The notes beneath the pieces are model-generated. The model did no database searches. It saw only the letters and a program-made list of their open reading frames with translations, and was not told the origin of the DNA. 60,790 nt of DNA from Candidatus Wolfebacteria bacterium (GTDB taxonomy: Bacteria; Patescibacteriota; Minisyncoccia; UBA6257; UBA9933), in NCBI GenBank assembly GCA_016188075.1, contig JACPIO010000014.1, positions 1 to 60,790 on the forward strand. The letters are read 5' to 3'. Numbering within the stretch: position 1 is the first letter of the stretch; the number at the start of each line of letters is the position of its first letter. The translations under genes and the position numbers were made by a program. This document shows positions 18,577-26,559 of this stretch, in pieces.

Positions 18577-21500
18577 TTACAGCGTTATCGCCTGATCGCA
18601 GATAAATTTCGGTTCGTCGTCGCGATAGGACAACTTGCCGGCCATTAAAATCACATTATTTTCCCGCCAAACCGAGGGATTTTTGGAAAGGGTGTCGGCA
18701 AAGACGATGGCTTCCACTCTCCCGCTTGAATCTTCCACTTCGACGAAGAGCACTGGCTGGCCGGATTTGCCCACAATGCGCTTGATTTTGGAGATGATGC
18801 CGCCGATTCGAAATCCGTTTCCGTTCCCGCCGTTTCTTTTAAAAGTCGCGAGCTCTTTGATGGGTTTGGCGTTCGCGCCCTTTAATTTTTCTTGATATTC
18901 GTCAAGCGGATTGCCCGAAAGGTAAAGTCCCAAAAGCTCTTTTTCCCACGCCAGTCTTTCTTTGAATTTATCTTTGCCTCCAGCTGCCGGAGCCACAGGG
19001 CTTTTTAGGAATGACGGAACAGCGTAGCTTTGGCCGAATAAATTTCCTTGCGAGCTTTGAAGTCCGCCTCCCTTTTCCTTTTTAATAGTTTGACTGAAAC
19101 TAAGAATTTCTTCAATATGCCCCAAGAGTTGGTTGCGGTCGATTTTTAATGAATCAAAAACGCCGGCCTTGATCAAACTCTCGAGCGACTTTTTATTCAA
19201 ATCTTTGTGGTAAACGCGATTCAAGAAATCAACGAAATTGTTGAACGGGCCGCCTTTTTGCCGCTCTTCGATAATCGCGTCAACAATATTCTTGCCGACG
19301 TTTTTAATGGCTAAAAGTCCGAACCGAATTGCGTTTCCTTCCGGCACGAAATCCACAAAACTTTGATTGATGTCCGGCGGCAGAATATTTATTCCGGATC
19401 GTTTGGATTCGGAGACAAGAAAGGCGATGCGTTCGATGTCGCCGGAATCGGAATTGAGTAAACTCGTCATAAATTCAATGGGCCAGTGGGATTTAAGATA
19501 AGCGGTACGGTAGCCGATTAAAGCGTATGAGGCGGCGTGGGAGCGGTTAAACCCGTAGCGGGCGAAAGGCGGGAAAAGTTCCCAGACAGCCCTCGCGGTT
19601 TTTTCGTCAATGCCGTTCTCGCGCATTCCCTTAAGCAGTTTTTCCTTTTGGGCGTCAAGTAAAACTTTTATTTTTTTGCCAATGGCTTTGCGGAGAGTGT
19701 CGGCTTCAGCCAAGGTGTAGCCGGCCAAATCTCGGGCAATCCGCATCATCTGTTCCTGATAAACGCCGATGCCGTAAGTGTTTTTCAAGATGGGTTCCAG
19801 TTTCGGATGAATATAACTTACTTTCTCTTTTCCGAATTTGCGATTAATAAAAGAGGGAATAAGTTCCATCGGCCCGGGCCGATAAAGGGACACCATGGCG
19901 ATAATATCTTCAAGTTCGGTGGGTTTTAATTCTTTTAAATAATGACGCATCCCCGATGATTCCAACTGAAAAATTCCGGTGGTCTCCCCGGTCTGGAGAA
20001 GTTCAAAAGTTTTTTTATCATCCAACGGAAGTTTTGACATCTCTATGTTTTCTCCGGTAATGCCGTAAACCAGCCGAACCGTTTCTTCGATGATGGTTAA
20101 ATTTTTTAGTCCCAAAAGATCGATTTTTAAAAGTCCCAAATCTTCAATGGAGTGCATCTCGAATTGGGTAATGACGATATTCGGATCCTGGGGCGAGAGT
20201 TGGAGCGGAACGTAATTCACGAGAGGTTCCTTGCTCAAAACCACTCCGCAGGCGTGAACCGAAGCGTGCCGGGCCACGCCTTCAAGTTTCATCGCCGAGT
20301 CAATCAGGCGTTTGGCCTCCGGATCAGTTTCGTAAATTTGTTTTAATTCCGCGACTCGCTCCAGACACTTTACGAGCCAGCCGCTTTTCATGCCTTGAGT
20401 CGGGTTAAAGGGAATCAGCTTGGCAATTTTGTCGCAAAAGCCGTAGCTCATTCCCAAAGCCCGGCCGGCATCGCGAATCGCGGCTCGGGCCGCCATTGTT
20501 CCGAAGGTGATAATCTGCGCCACCCGCTCCTCGCCGTATTTTTGCCGGACATAAGCAAAAACTTCGTCGCGCCGAATATCGGTAAAATCAATGTCAATGT
20601 CCGGCATGGAAATCCGATCCGGATTTAAAAATCTTTCGAAGAGCAAGTCGTATTTTAAGGGATCAACATCGGTGATGCCTAAAACATAAGAAATTAAACT
20701 GCCGGCAGCCGAACCTCGACCCGGTCCAACCACGATGCCGCGTTCTTTGGCCCAGTTCACGAAATCCTGAACAATTAAAAAGTAATCGGCAAAACCGGTT
20801 TTTTCGATGACGCCGAGTTCGTAATCCAGCCGTTCTTTCACTTTTTCGTCGTGAGCCGGAAAGCGGCTCGATAATTTAGACTCCGTAATTTTTCGAAGAT
20901 AATCGGAAGCGGAAGTTTCGCCCGGCGGCAGGGGAAAATTCGGCAAAAGAGTCTGATTAAGCTTGAGGGTGACATTGCAGCGATCGGCAATTTTAATGGT
21001 GTTTTCGATGGCTTCCGGAGTTTCCTTAAAAGACTCGATCATTTTTTCTTGGGAGGTCATTGAAAAATCATCAGCGCGAAGCGTTAAGCGATCTTCTTCA
21101 CTTAGGCGATTGCCGGTCTGAATGGCGAGAAAGATATCGTGGTATTCCGCGTCTTCGGTTTTTAAATAATGAATGTCTTGGGTGGCAACGAGCGGCAGGT
21201 TGTGTTTTCGGGCGAGTTCAATCACTCCTTTCCCGGCCACGAGGGTTTCTTCGATATTCGGGTGATGCCAAACTTCCATAAAAAAATTGTCTCGTCCGAA
21301 AATTTCAAGGTATCCTTGAAGCGCTTGCTCGGCCTCCTCGTTTTTTTTGTGAAGCAAGAGCCGGGGAATTTCTCCGGAGAGACACCCGGATAAGGCGATC
21401 AGTCCTTCGTGGTACTTCTGAAGAAGTTCTTTGTCGATTCTCGGCCGATAATAAAAACCCTCGAGATGCGCTTTGGTTGTGAGTTCGATTAAATTTTTCC

Positions 21501-21786
21501 AGCCAGTTTCATTTTCGGCGAGAAGCGTCAAGTGGTAATATTTATTTTCTTTATTTTTTTCGAAGTGGCTGCCGTTTACGATATAAGCTTCGACTCCCAA
21601 AATCGGTTTGAGGTCGGCTTTCACGGCTTTTTTGTAAAATTCAACCGCGCCGTAGAGATTGCCGTGGTCGGTTAAGGCAATGGCTTTCATCCGCAATTCT
21701 TTGGCCCGGTCAATTAGATCATCGATTTTCGCCAAACCATCGAGCAGGGAGTAGTGAGAGTGAGTATGAAGATGGACGAATTTCAT
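18577..21786 (-). CDS. dnaE: DNA polymerase III alpha subunit
   Basis: FVHLHTHSHYSLLDG, GPGRGSAAGS, MPDIDIDF and YGFNRSHA. Confidence 0.98.
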   Translation of the reverse strand: MKFVHLHTHSHYSLLDGLAKIDDLIDRAKELRMKAIALTDHGNLYGAVEFYKKAVKADLKPILGVEAYIVNGSHFEKNKENKYYHLTLLAENETGWKNLIELTTKAHLEGFYYRPRIDKELLQKYHEGLIALSGCLSGEIPRLLLHKKNEEAEQALQGYLEIFGRDNFFMEVWHHPNIEETLVAGKGVIELARKHNLPLVATQDIHYLKTEDAEYHDIFLAIQTGNRLSEEDRLTLRADDFSMTSQEKMIESFKETPEAIENTIKIADRCNVTLKLNQTLLPNFPLPPGETSASDYLRKITESKLSSRFPAHDEKVKERLDYELGVIEKTGFADYFLIVQDFVNWAKERGIVVGPGRGSAAGSLISYVLGITDVDPLKYDLLFERFLNPDRISMPDIDIDFTDIRRDEVFAYVRQKYGEERVAQIITFGTMAARAAIRDAGRALGMSYGFCDKIAKLIPFNPTQGMKSGWLVKCLERVAELKQIYETDPEAKRLIDSAMKLEGVARHASVHACGVVLSKEPLVNYVPLQLSPQDPNIVITQFEMHSIEDLGLLKIDLLGLKNLTIIEETVRLVYGITGENIEMSKLPLDDKKTFELLQTGETTGIFQLESSGMRHYLKELKPTELEDIIAMVSLYRPGPMELIPSFINRKFGKEKVSYIHPKLEPILKNTYGIGVYQEQMMRIARDLAGYTLAEADTLRKAIGKKIKVLLDAQKEKLLKGMRENGIDEKTARAVWELFPPFARYGFNRSHAASYALIGYRTAYLKSHWPIEFMTSLLNSDSGDIERIAFLVSESKRSGINILPPDINQSFVDFVPEGNAIRFGLLAIKNVGKNIVDAIIEERQKGGPFNNFVDFLNRVYHKDLNKKSLESLIKAGVFDSLKIDRNQLLGHIEEILSFSQTIKKEKGGGLQSSQGNLFGQSYAVPSFLKSPVAPAAGGKDKFKERLAWEKELLGLYLSGNPLDEYQEKLKGANAKPIKELATFKRNGGNGNGFRIGGIISKIKRIVGKSGQPVLFVEVEDSSGRVEAIVFADTLSKNPSVWRENNVILMAGKLSYRDDEPKFICDQAITL

Positions 21787-21963
21787 AAGGAGTAGTCGCG
21801 AATATACGGATTAAAAATTAATATACGAATATACAAATAATCGAATAAGCGAATCACGAGCACACGCATTATTATATATGAATAAGGGATGATTTCAAAT
21901 TGTATAATCATAAGTCCTCTTAAATGTTTAGGAGGGCGCCCCCGGAGTTTTCCACAGGAGGCA

Positions 21964-22213
21964 TTGACAGAAAGACCCCTCGGGTTTAAAATGCAAATAA
22001 TGAGTTATTTAAGAGATAATTTAATCGGCTTAATCAACTTTAATCTCGCGGCTGGCTTTGGTTCGGTCCTTATTCTTGTTGTTTTGTTCATTATCCTTGG
22101 CCTTAAGCGGCGGGGAGGTTTGGTTAAAGAAGAAATTAGAAAATATAGAAATTGAGAAACTAAGAAATTAAGAAAAAACCAAAAACCTCCCAGCCGCTGG
22201 GAGGTTTTTGGTT
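21964..22213 (+). promoter_or_regulatory. Promoter, Ile/Leu/Val-rich leader peptide (22000-22155) and antiterminator/terminator
   Basis: TTGACA-17 bp-TAAAAT; leader contains SVLILVVLFIILGL; 22106-22125 is complementary to the 5' arm of the terminator at 22177-22213. Confidence 0.75.
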
Positions 22214-22374
22214 ATCGAAGATCGAAAGTTCTTTGTTCCAGCGCAGATTTCCGCGGATCGCAACGCGGATCGGCGCAGATGTAGTAGAGAACTTTTGCTC
22301 TTTGACAGTTGTTGTTTGACTGCGGTAGTTGGCGGTGAACCGGAAGGGATCCGATGGGATCCGGAGGGGGTGCC

Positions 22375-22749
22375 ATGGCAGAGTTGACCATAGCTGAGCC
22401 TAAAAAATGCGTTAATCCGGAGTATCGAGGGTTTAGCGTACGATATTACGATTCGCCGTTAGAGTGTTGTACCTGGATCATCGGGGTCAAGTATGGCCAC
22501 GAGCCGCCCCTTGGGATCGTGGTGTGTCCGGTCGGTGCTCACGTACTTGAAGATGGTTCTGGGGTTGGTCGGGTTGTCTTCGCGTGTTGCACCCTTGAAA
22601 CGCTTGCTTCGGAGGTTGCCCGGCAAACCGCGAACCTGGAGCCGGGTTTTTTCTTGCGGGAACTGGATCCACGGGATCCTTCTCGCAACCTCTGGGGTGA
22701 GATTCTTGCTCTGTACGACAGGAGGGGAGACAATGCTGTCACGGCTTGA
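22375..22749 (+). CDS. Hypothetical ORFan (Cys-rich)
   Basis: GGAGG SD before ATG at 22375. Confidence 0.55.
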   Translation: MAELTIAEPKKCVNPEYRGFSVRYYDSPLECCTWIIGVKYGHEPPLGIVVCPVGAHVLEDGSGVGRVVFACCTLETLASEVARQTANLEPGFFLRELDPRDPSRNLWGEILALYDRRGDNAVTA

Positions 22750-22942
22750 TATCGATCTGGGAGTTCTCGAGGGTACACCGGATGGAGCAATTATGCAGGA
22801 GATTGATGAGAATCTTCATCGCCTTCGTCAAGTGCGCGACACAACGACCTGTTTTATTTTGAAACAGGTTGTGAGGAGGGCAATTGTTGTATATCGAAAG
22901 CGTCGCGCATGCATCATCAAGCGGATTCTGAATCTCGAATAG
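22733..22942 (+). CDS. Hypothetical ORFan
   Basis: AGGAGG SD before ATG at 22733 (MLSRLDIDLG...). Confidence 0.55.
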   Translation: MLSRLDIDLGVLEGTPDGAIMQEIDENLHRLRQVRDTTTCFILKQVVRRAIVVYRKRRACIIKRILNLE

Positions 22943-22959
22943 AGAGGAGGTGATCGCGG

Positions 22960-23205
22960 GTGGTAGATGTATCTCGAGAGGAGTTCGGGCAATAGGCAGT
23001 AAGGATATTACTCGGCCCCTTGGATCCGCACAAGCATCAACCGGATCCAGGGCGTGTCAGGCGGGTGCTTGATCGTGATTCTTTGCCGACCGCTCTGGAG
23101 CAACCCGGAGTGTCGGTAACGCCCCGTTTTTCCGAGGAGCCGGTCGAGGGGCAGCAAGTCGTTGTTTCGCCCTTGCCGGCGGGAGCTCTCAAGCCGCAGT
23201 CATAA
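22960..23205 (+). pseudogene. SD-led ORFan interrupted by an in-frame TAG
   Basis: AGGAGGTGA before GTG at 22960; TAG at 22993-22995; the frame stays open to 23205. Confidence 0.35.
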
Positions 23206-23425
23206 ACCAAGCCGATCCTTCGGGGTCGGTCAGTGCCCGCGCGTGGGTCATCCCGAAAGCGCGGAGGATGCCGGCCAACACAAATCGCTGGCGTCCAACA
23301 AAGGGAGCCGATTCGCATCATCACAAGGAGTCGGCCCCGCATGGGGAGTGGTAGTCCAGAACATCTACCCCGGACTACCCTCCCCATCTTCACTTTTAAA
23401 TTTTTACTAAAGTTAAGTTTACTAA

Positions 23426-23467
23426 TTACTAAAGTTATGACGACGGCCGTCGCAGAAACTTTAGTAA
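23426..23467. repeat. Palindrome TTACTAAAGT...CGACGGCCGTCG...ACTTTAGTAA
   Basis: Related copy at 29606-29647. Confidence 0.8.
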
Positions 23468-23476
23468 CTTAAAGGG

Positions 23477-23713
23477 TTGACAAAAAATTGCTTTAAACTA
23501 TTCTGAATAATAATGGATCAACTCATCAATACTAAAACATTTTCCCTTAACTTTTTAACCGCTTTTGGTTTCTTTTTTGGTTTTTTCTACTTTGTTTATC
23601 CTGTAAAGGCCAGGAGGTTTATTATGAGTTAGAATTTAGAATTTAGAAGTTAGATATTAGAAATTAAGATAACATAATCAAAAACCTCCTCGCCGCAGGA
23701 GGTTTTTGCTTTT
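23477..23713 (+). promoter_or_regulatory. Promoter, Phe-rich leader peptide (23513-23632) and antiterminator/terminator
   Basis: TTGACA at 23477 and TATTCT at 23499; MDQLINTKTFSLNFLTAFGFFFGFFYFVYPVKARRFIMS*; 23608-23626 pairs with the 5' arm of the terminator at 23679-23708. Confidence 0.8.
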
Positions 23714-23850
23714 GAGTGTTGTCGGGCTTCGAAAATTATTCGATTTATAAATTAAATAATTTTCGCAATTTGACAAGTTGTATATGGGCGATAAGGGCGG
23801 TCGGTTGTTCCATAACCGAGGACTCGAGAAGTCCTTAAGAAGGAGATAGA

Positions 23851-24057
23851 ATGTGGGTACATGTTTTTCAGAGGCCGCGACGGAACGGCACCAAAGGTGA
23901 TAACAGAGAGAGGATTGCGTCTTACGGGGAAGGGGTGACTTTGCGGATTACTTCTACTGCGACGGTCGAGGGCGGTATCACCTTGACCGAGGATTTATGG
24001 AATATAATGTTGGCGTTTGGTCAGGATGAGGTTGAACGGCGCCTCAAGGCGCCTTAA
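23851..24057 (+). CDS. Hypothetical ORFan (68 aa)
   Basis: AAGGAG SD; followed by a terminator. Confidence 0.6.
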   Translation: MWVHVFQRPRRNGTKGDNRERIASYGEGVTLRITSTATVEGGITLTEDLWNIMLAFGQDEVERRLKAP

Positions 24058-24089
24058 CCGGCGGATGATCTGTCGGAAGAGAAAATCGC

Positions 24090-24130
24090 GGGGCAGTCTC
24101 TCTGAAAAGAGACTGCCCCTGCTCTTTTTT
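24090..24130 (+). terminator. Rho-independent terminator
   Basis: GGGCAGTCTCT/AGAGACTGCCC stem followed by a T-run. Confidence 0.7.
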
Positions 24131-24132
24131 AT

Positions 24133-24178
24133 ATTTGTATATTATAAAAGATTAATCTTATATAAGGTAAACATTTTT
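24133..24178. repeat. AGATTAATCT-centred palindromic repeat, copy 3 (degenerate)
   Basis: TATAAAAGATTAATCTTATATAAGGTAAACATTTT resembles copy 4. Confidence 0.7.
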
Positions 24179-24253
24179 TGGGAAAGGCGTTTGGCCTCTT
24201 TGAAAGAGCTTCAGCCTTTGAAAGACTTTCAGCCGCGGTGTATTATCTTGTAG

Positions 24254-24934
24254 ATGGTAAGGGATAAAAAGTTTATTATCGGCATTGATGAAGTGGGGAG
24301 GGGGGCTTTGGCCGGAACAGTAACCGTGGCGGCTGTTGCGTTGCCGAGGAATTTTCAATTTCCAATTCTTAATTTTCAATTAAATTCTAAATATAAAATT
24401 TCAAAATTAAAATTACGAGATTCAAAAAGATTGACTCCAAAACGCCGGGAAGTTTGGTTTCGATACGTTAATCAACAAACAACGGCAAATAACAAACGAC
24501 AGCGAATTTTTTATGCCGTAGCTTCGGTGACGCCGAAAGTTATTGATAAAATTAATATTTCAAATGCCGCTGATTTAGCCGCCACGAGAGCTTTAGAGAA
24601 ACTAATTACCAATTACCAATTACCAATTACTAAAACGAAGGTTTTTCTCGACGGCGGACTCTACATTAAAGAATTAAGAATAAAGAATAAAGAATTAAGA
24701 ATTAAAGGTAAGACTATTATAAAAGGTGATGAGAAAATTCCGGCGATTGCGTTGGCTTCGATTATGGCCAAAGTCACCCGCGACCGATATATGAAAAAAT
24801 TCCATAGAAAATACCCGGAATACGATTTTATAAACAATGTCGGTTATGGGACTAAGAAGCATATCAAAGCTGTAAGGAAATATGGTTTGTCGTTAATTCA
24901 TCGTCGAAGTTTCAAAATAAATAAAAATAATTGA
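24254..24934 (+). CDS. rnhB: Ribonuclease HII with four heptamer-repeat insertions
   Basis: IGIDEVGRG, LRDSK, KGD, ALASIMAKVTRD, GYGT and HRRSF. Confidence 0.95.
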   Translation: MVRDKKFIIGIDEVGRGALAGTVTVAAVALPRNFQFPILNFQLNSKYKISKLKLRDSKRLTPKRREVWFRYVNQQTTANNKRQRIFYAVASVTPKVIDKINISNAADLAATRALEKLITNYQLPITKTKVFLDGGLYIKELRIKNKELRIKGKTIIKGDEKIPAIALASIMAKVTRDRYMKKFHRKYPEYDFINNVGYGTKKHIKAVRKYGLSLIHRRSFKINKNN

Positions 24935-24973
24935 CTTTTCCCTTCATTTTCTCTATCCTTACTCATAAAGGTA

Positions 24974-24994
24974 ATCCTTCGGCAAGCTCAGGAT
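24974..24994. repeat. CTTCG-N-GCTCAG hairpin element
   Basis: ATCCTTCGGCAAGCTCAGGAT; relatives at 31905-31925 and 31943-31964. Confidence 0.65.
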
Positions 24995-25069
24995 GCTGAA
25001 TTTTTTCCGCCTGAGGCGGATCTGCCCATGGCAGACAGCTACTCGCGTTGCTCGCAGGAAAAATTCGCA
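24991..25069 (+). repeat. 79-nt multi-hairpin dispersed element (MITE/REP-like), copy 1
   Basis: 77/79 identical by manual comparison to the reverse complement of 29485-29563. Confidence 0.92.
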
Positions 25070-25263
25070 TGGGTGGCGTACCAGTAAAACATCATACGCA
25101 TTCAAAAGTGGGCCGGCGGCGGTCGCATTTGGCGTTAAAACCTTCGCAGATGTTCGCTTGTTCCAATTGCGGCCATCCGATTTTGCCCCATCGTTTTTGC
25201 GTGAATTGCGGAAATTATAAAGGGAGAATTATTAAAGAACCGAAAATAAAGATAAAGAAGTAG
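25069..25263 (+). CDS. rpmF: 50S ribosomal protein L32
   Basis: MGGVPVKHH..RRRSH, CxxC..PH..CxxC. Confidence 0.95.
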   Translation: MGGVPVKHHTHSKVGRRRSHLALKPSQMFACSNCGHPILPHRFCVNCGNYKGRIIKEPKIKIKK

Positions 25264-25328
25264 TCTACGGTCTACTGACTACCGACTACAGCTATTTGAC
25301 TGTGGTCTGTAGACTGTAGTCCGTAGTC
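25261..25328. repeat. Heptamer (GACTAC) tandem repeat with inverted arms
   Basis: Same family as 8622-8697. Confidence 0.8.
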
Positions 25329-25335
25329 AGCCAAA

Positions 25336-25764
25336 TTGGCTACTCGACATCTGGTAAGAAGTATCGTCCTTCAGTCGCTCTACGAATGGGATTTTTACGA
25401 TCGGAAGTCTGATTTCACGGAAATTTTGGAAAGAAATTTGGAAGAGTTCGGCCCGGGCATTGACGAGCCGGAATTTGCTTGGCGGCTGGCAAAGGGCATT
25501 ATGGAGAATTTTGATAAATTGAATAAAATTATAGAGAAGGCGGCGCCGGAATGGCCATTGAAACAAATTGCCACGATCGACCGGAATGCCCTGCGCATCG
25601 GACTCTACGAACTTTTATTCGCTGACAAAGAAGAGGTGCCCGCCAAAGTGGCGATAAACGAAGCGATTGAGCTGGCCAAAAACTACGGCGGACCGAATTC
25701 GGGAAAATTCATCAACGGCGTTTTGGGCACGGTGTATAAGGAAATAGAAAATAAAAAAAAGTAA
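25336..25764 (+). CDS. nusB: Transcription antitermination factor NusB
   Basis: [20 protein letters not shown] and FINGVL; TTG start. Confidence 0.96.
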   Translation: MATRHLVRSIVLQSLYEWDFYDRKSDFTEILERNLEEFGPGIDEPEFAWRLAKGIMENFDKLNKIIEKAAPEWPLKQIATIDRNALRIGLYELLFADKEEVPAKVAINEAIELAKNYGGPNSGKFINGVLGTVYKEIENKKK

Positions 25765-25792
25765 TTAGTAATTAGCAACTAGGAATAAGGTA

Positions 25793-26482
25793 GTGAATTT
25801 ATCTTCGCTCGAAAAAAATCTCGGAATTGTTTTTGAAAACAAAACTCTTCTTAAGGAAGCCTTAACTCATCGTTCTTATCTTAACGAAAATTCTTCGTGG
25901 GGAATTCTTCATAATGAACGTTTGGAATTTTTGGGCGATGCCGTTTTGGAATTGGCCGTAACCGAAAATCTTTTCAGCCGTTTTCCCAAATACGCCGAGG
26001 GACAGCTTACCAGCATTCGGGCGGCTTTGGTCAATTATCAAATGATGGCCAAAGTGGCGCGGGAAATTGATCTTGAAAATTTTGTTTTGATGTCCCGCGG
26101 CGAGGCGAAAGATGTCGGTCGCGCCCGAGAAGTGATTCTGGCGAACGCGATGGAAGCCTTGATCGGCGCCGTTTACCTTGATCACGGCTACGAAGCCGCC
26201 CAAAAGATGGTTGAAAAAATCGTTCTCGCGCCCAATCTTGAAGTGGTAATGAAAAATCATCTTTACAAAGATCCCAAAAGCGAGCTTCAGGAAATTGTTC
26301 AAGAAAAGCATCGGATTACGCCAATTTATCAAATTATCGAGGAATGGGGGCCGGATCACAAAAAGATTTTCCGGAGTGGCGTTTTGATGGGAGAAAAGTT
26401 ATTGGCCGAAGGCGAGGGCTACTCCAAGCAGGAAGCGGAAACGGAAGCGGCGAGAAACGCGTTAAAGAAGATCAACGAATAG
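25793..26482 (+). CDS. rnc: Ribonuclease III
   Basis: NERLEFLGDAVL plus a dsRBD (DPKSELQE). Confidence 0.97.
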   Translation: MNLSSLEKNLGIVFENKTLLKEALTHRSYLNENSSWGILHNERLEFLGDAVLELAVTENLFSRFPKYAEGQLTSIRAALVNYQMMAKVAREIDLENFVLMSRGEAKDVGRAREVILANAMEALIGAVYLDHGYEAAQKMVEKIVLAPNLEVVMKNHLYKDPKSELQEIVQEKHRITPIYQIIEEWGPDHKKIFRSGVLMGEKLLAEGEGYSKQEAETEAARNALKKINE

Positions 26483-26553
26483 CGAATCTGTTCGAATAAG
26501 CGAATCAGCGAATTCGTTTATTCGTAAATTCGTATCAATTCGTTATTCGTTGA
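26475..26553. repeat. Octamer (CGAAT-core) tandem repeat with inverted arms
   Basis: Same family at 31297-31390 and 21797-21856. Confidence 0.8.
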
Positions 26554-26559
26554 TAAGGC

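Noticed and set aside
16456..23205. Stop-codon reassignment suggested by interrupted ORFans
   Set aside because: Core genes end normally in TAA, TAG and TGA with no internal stops, and tRNA-Trp has a CCA anticodon.
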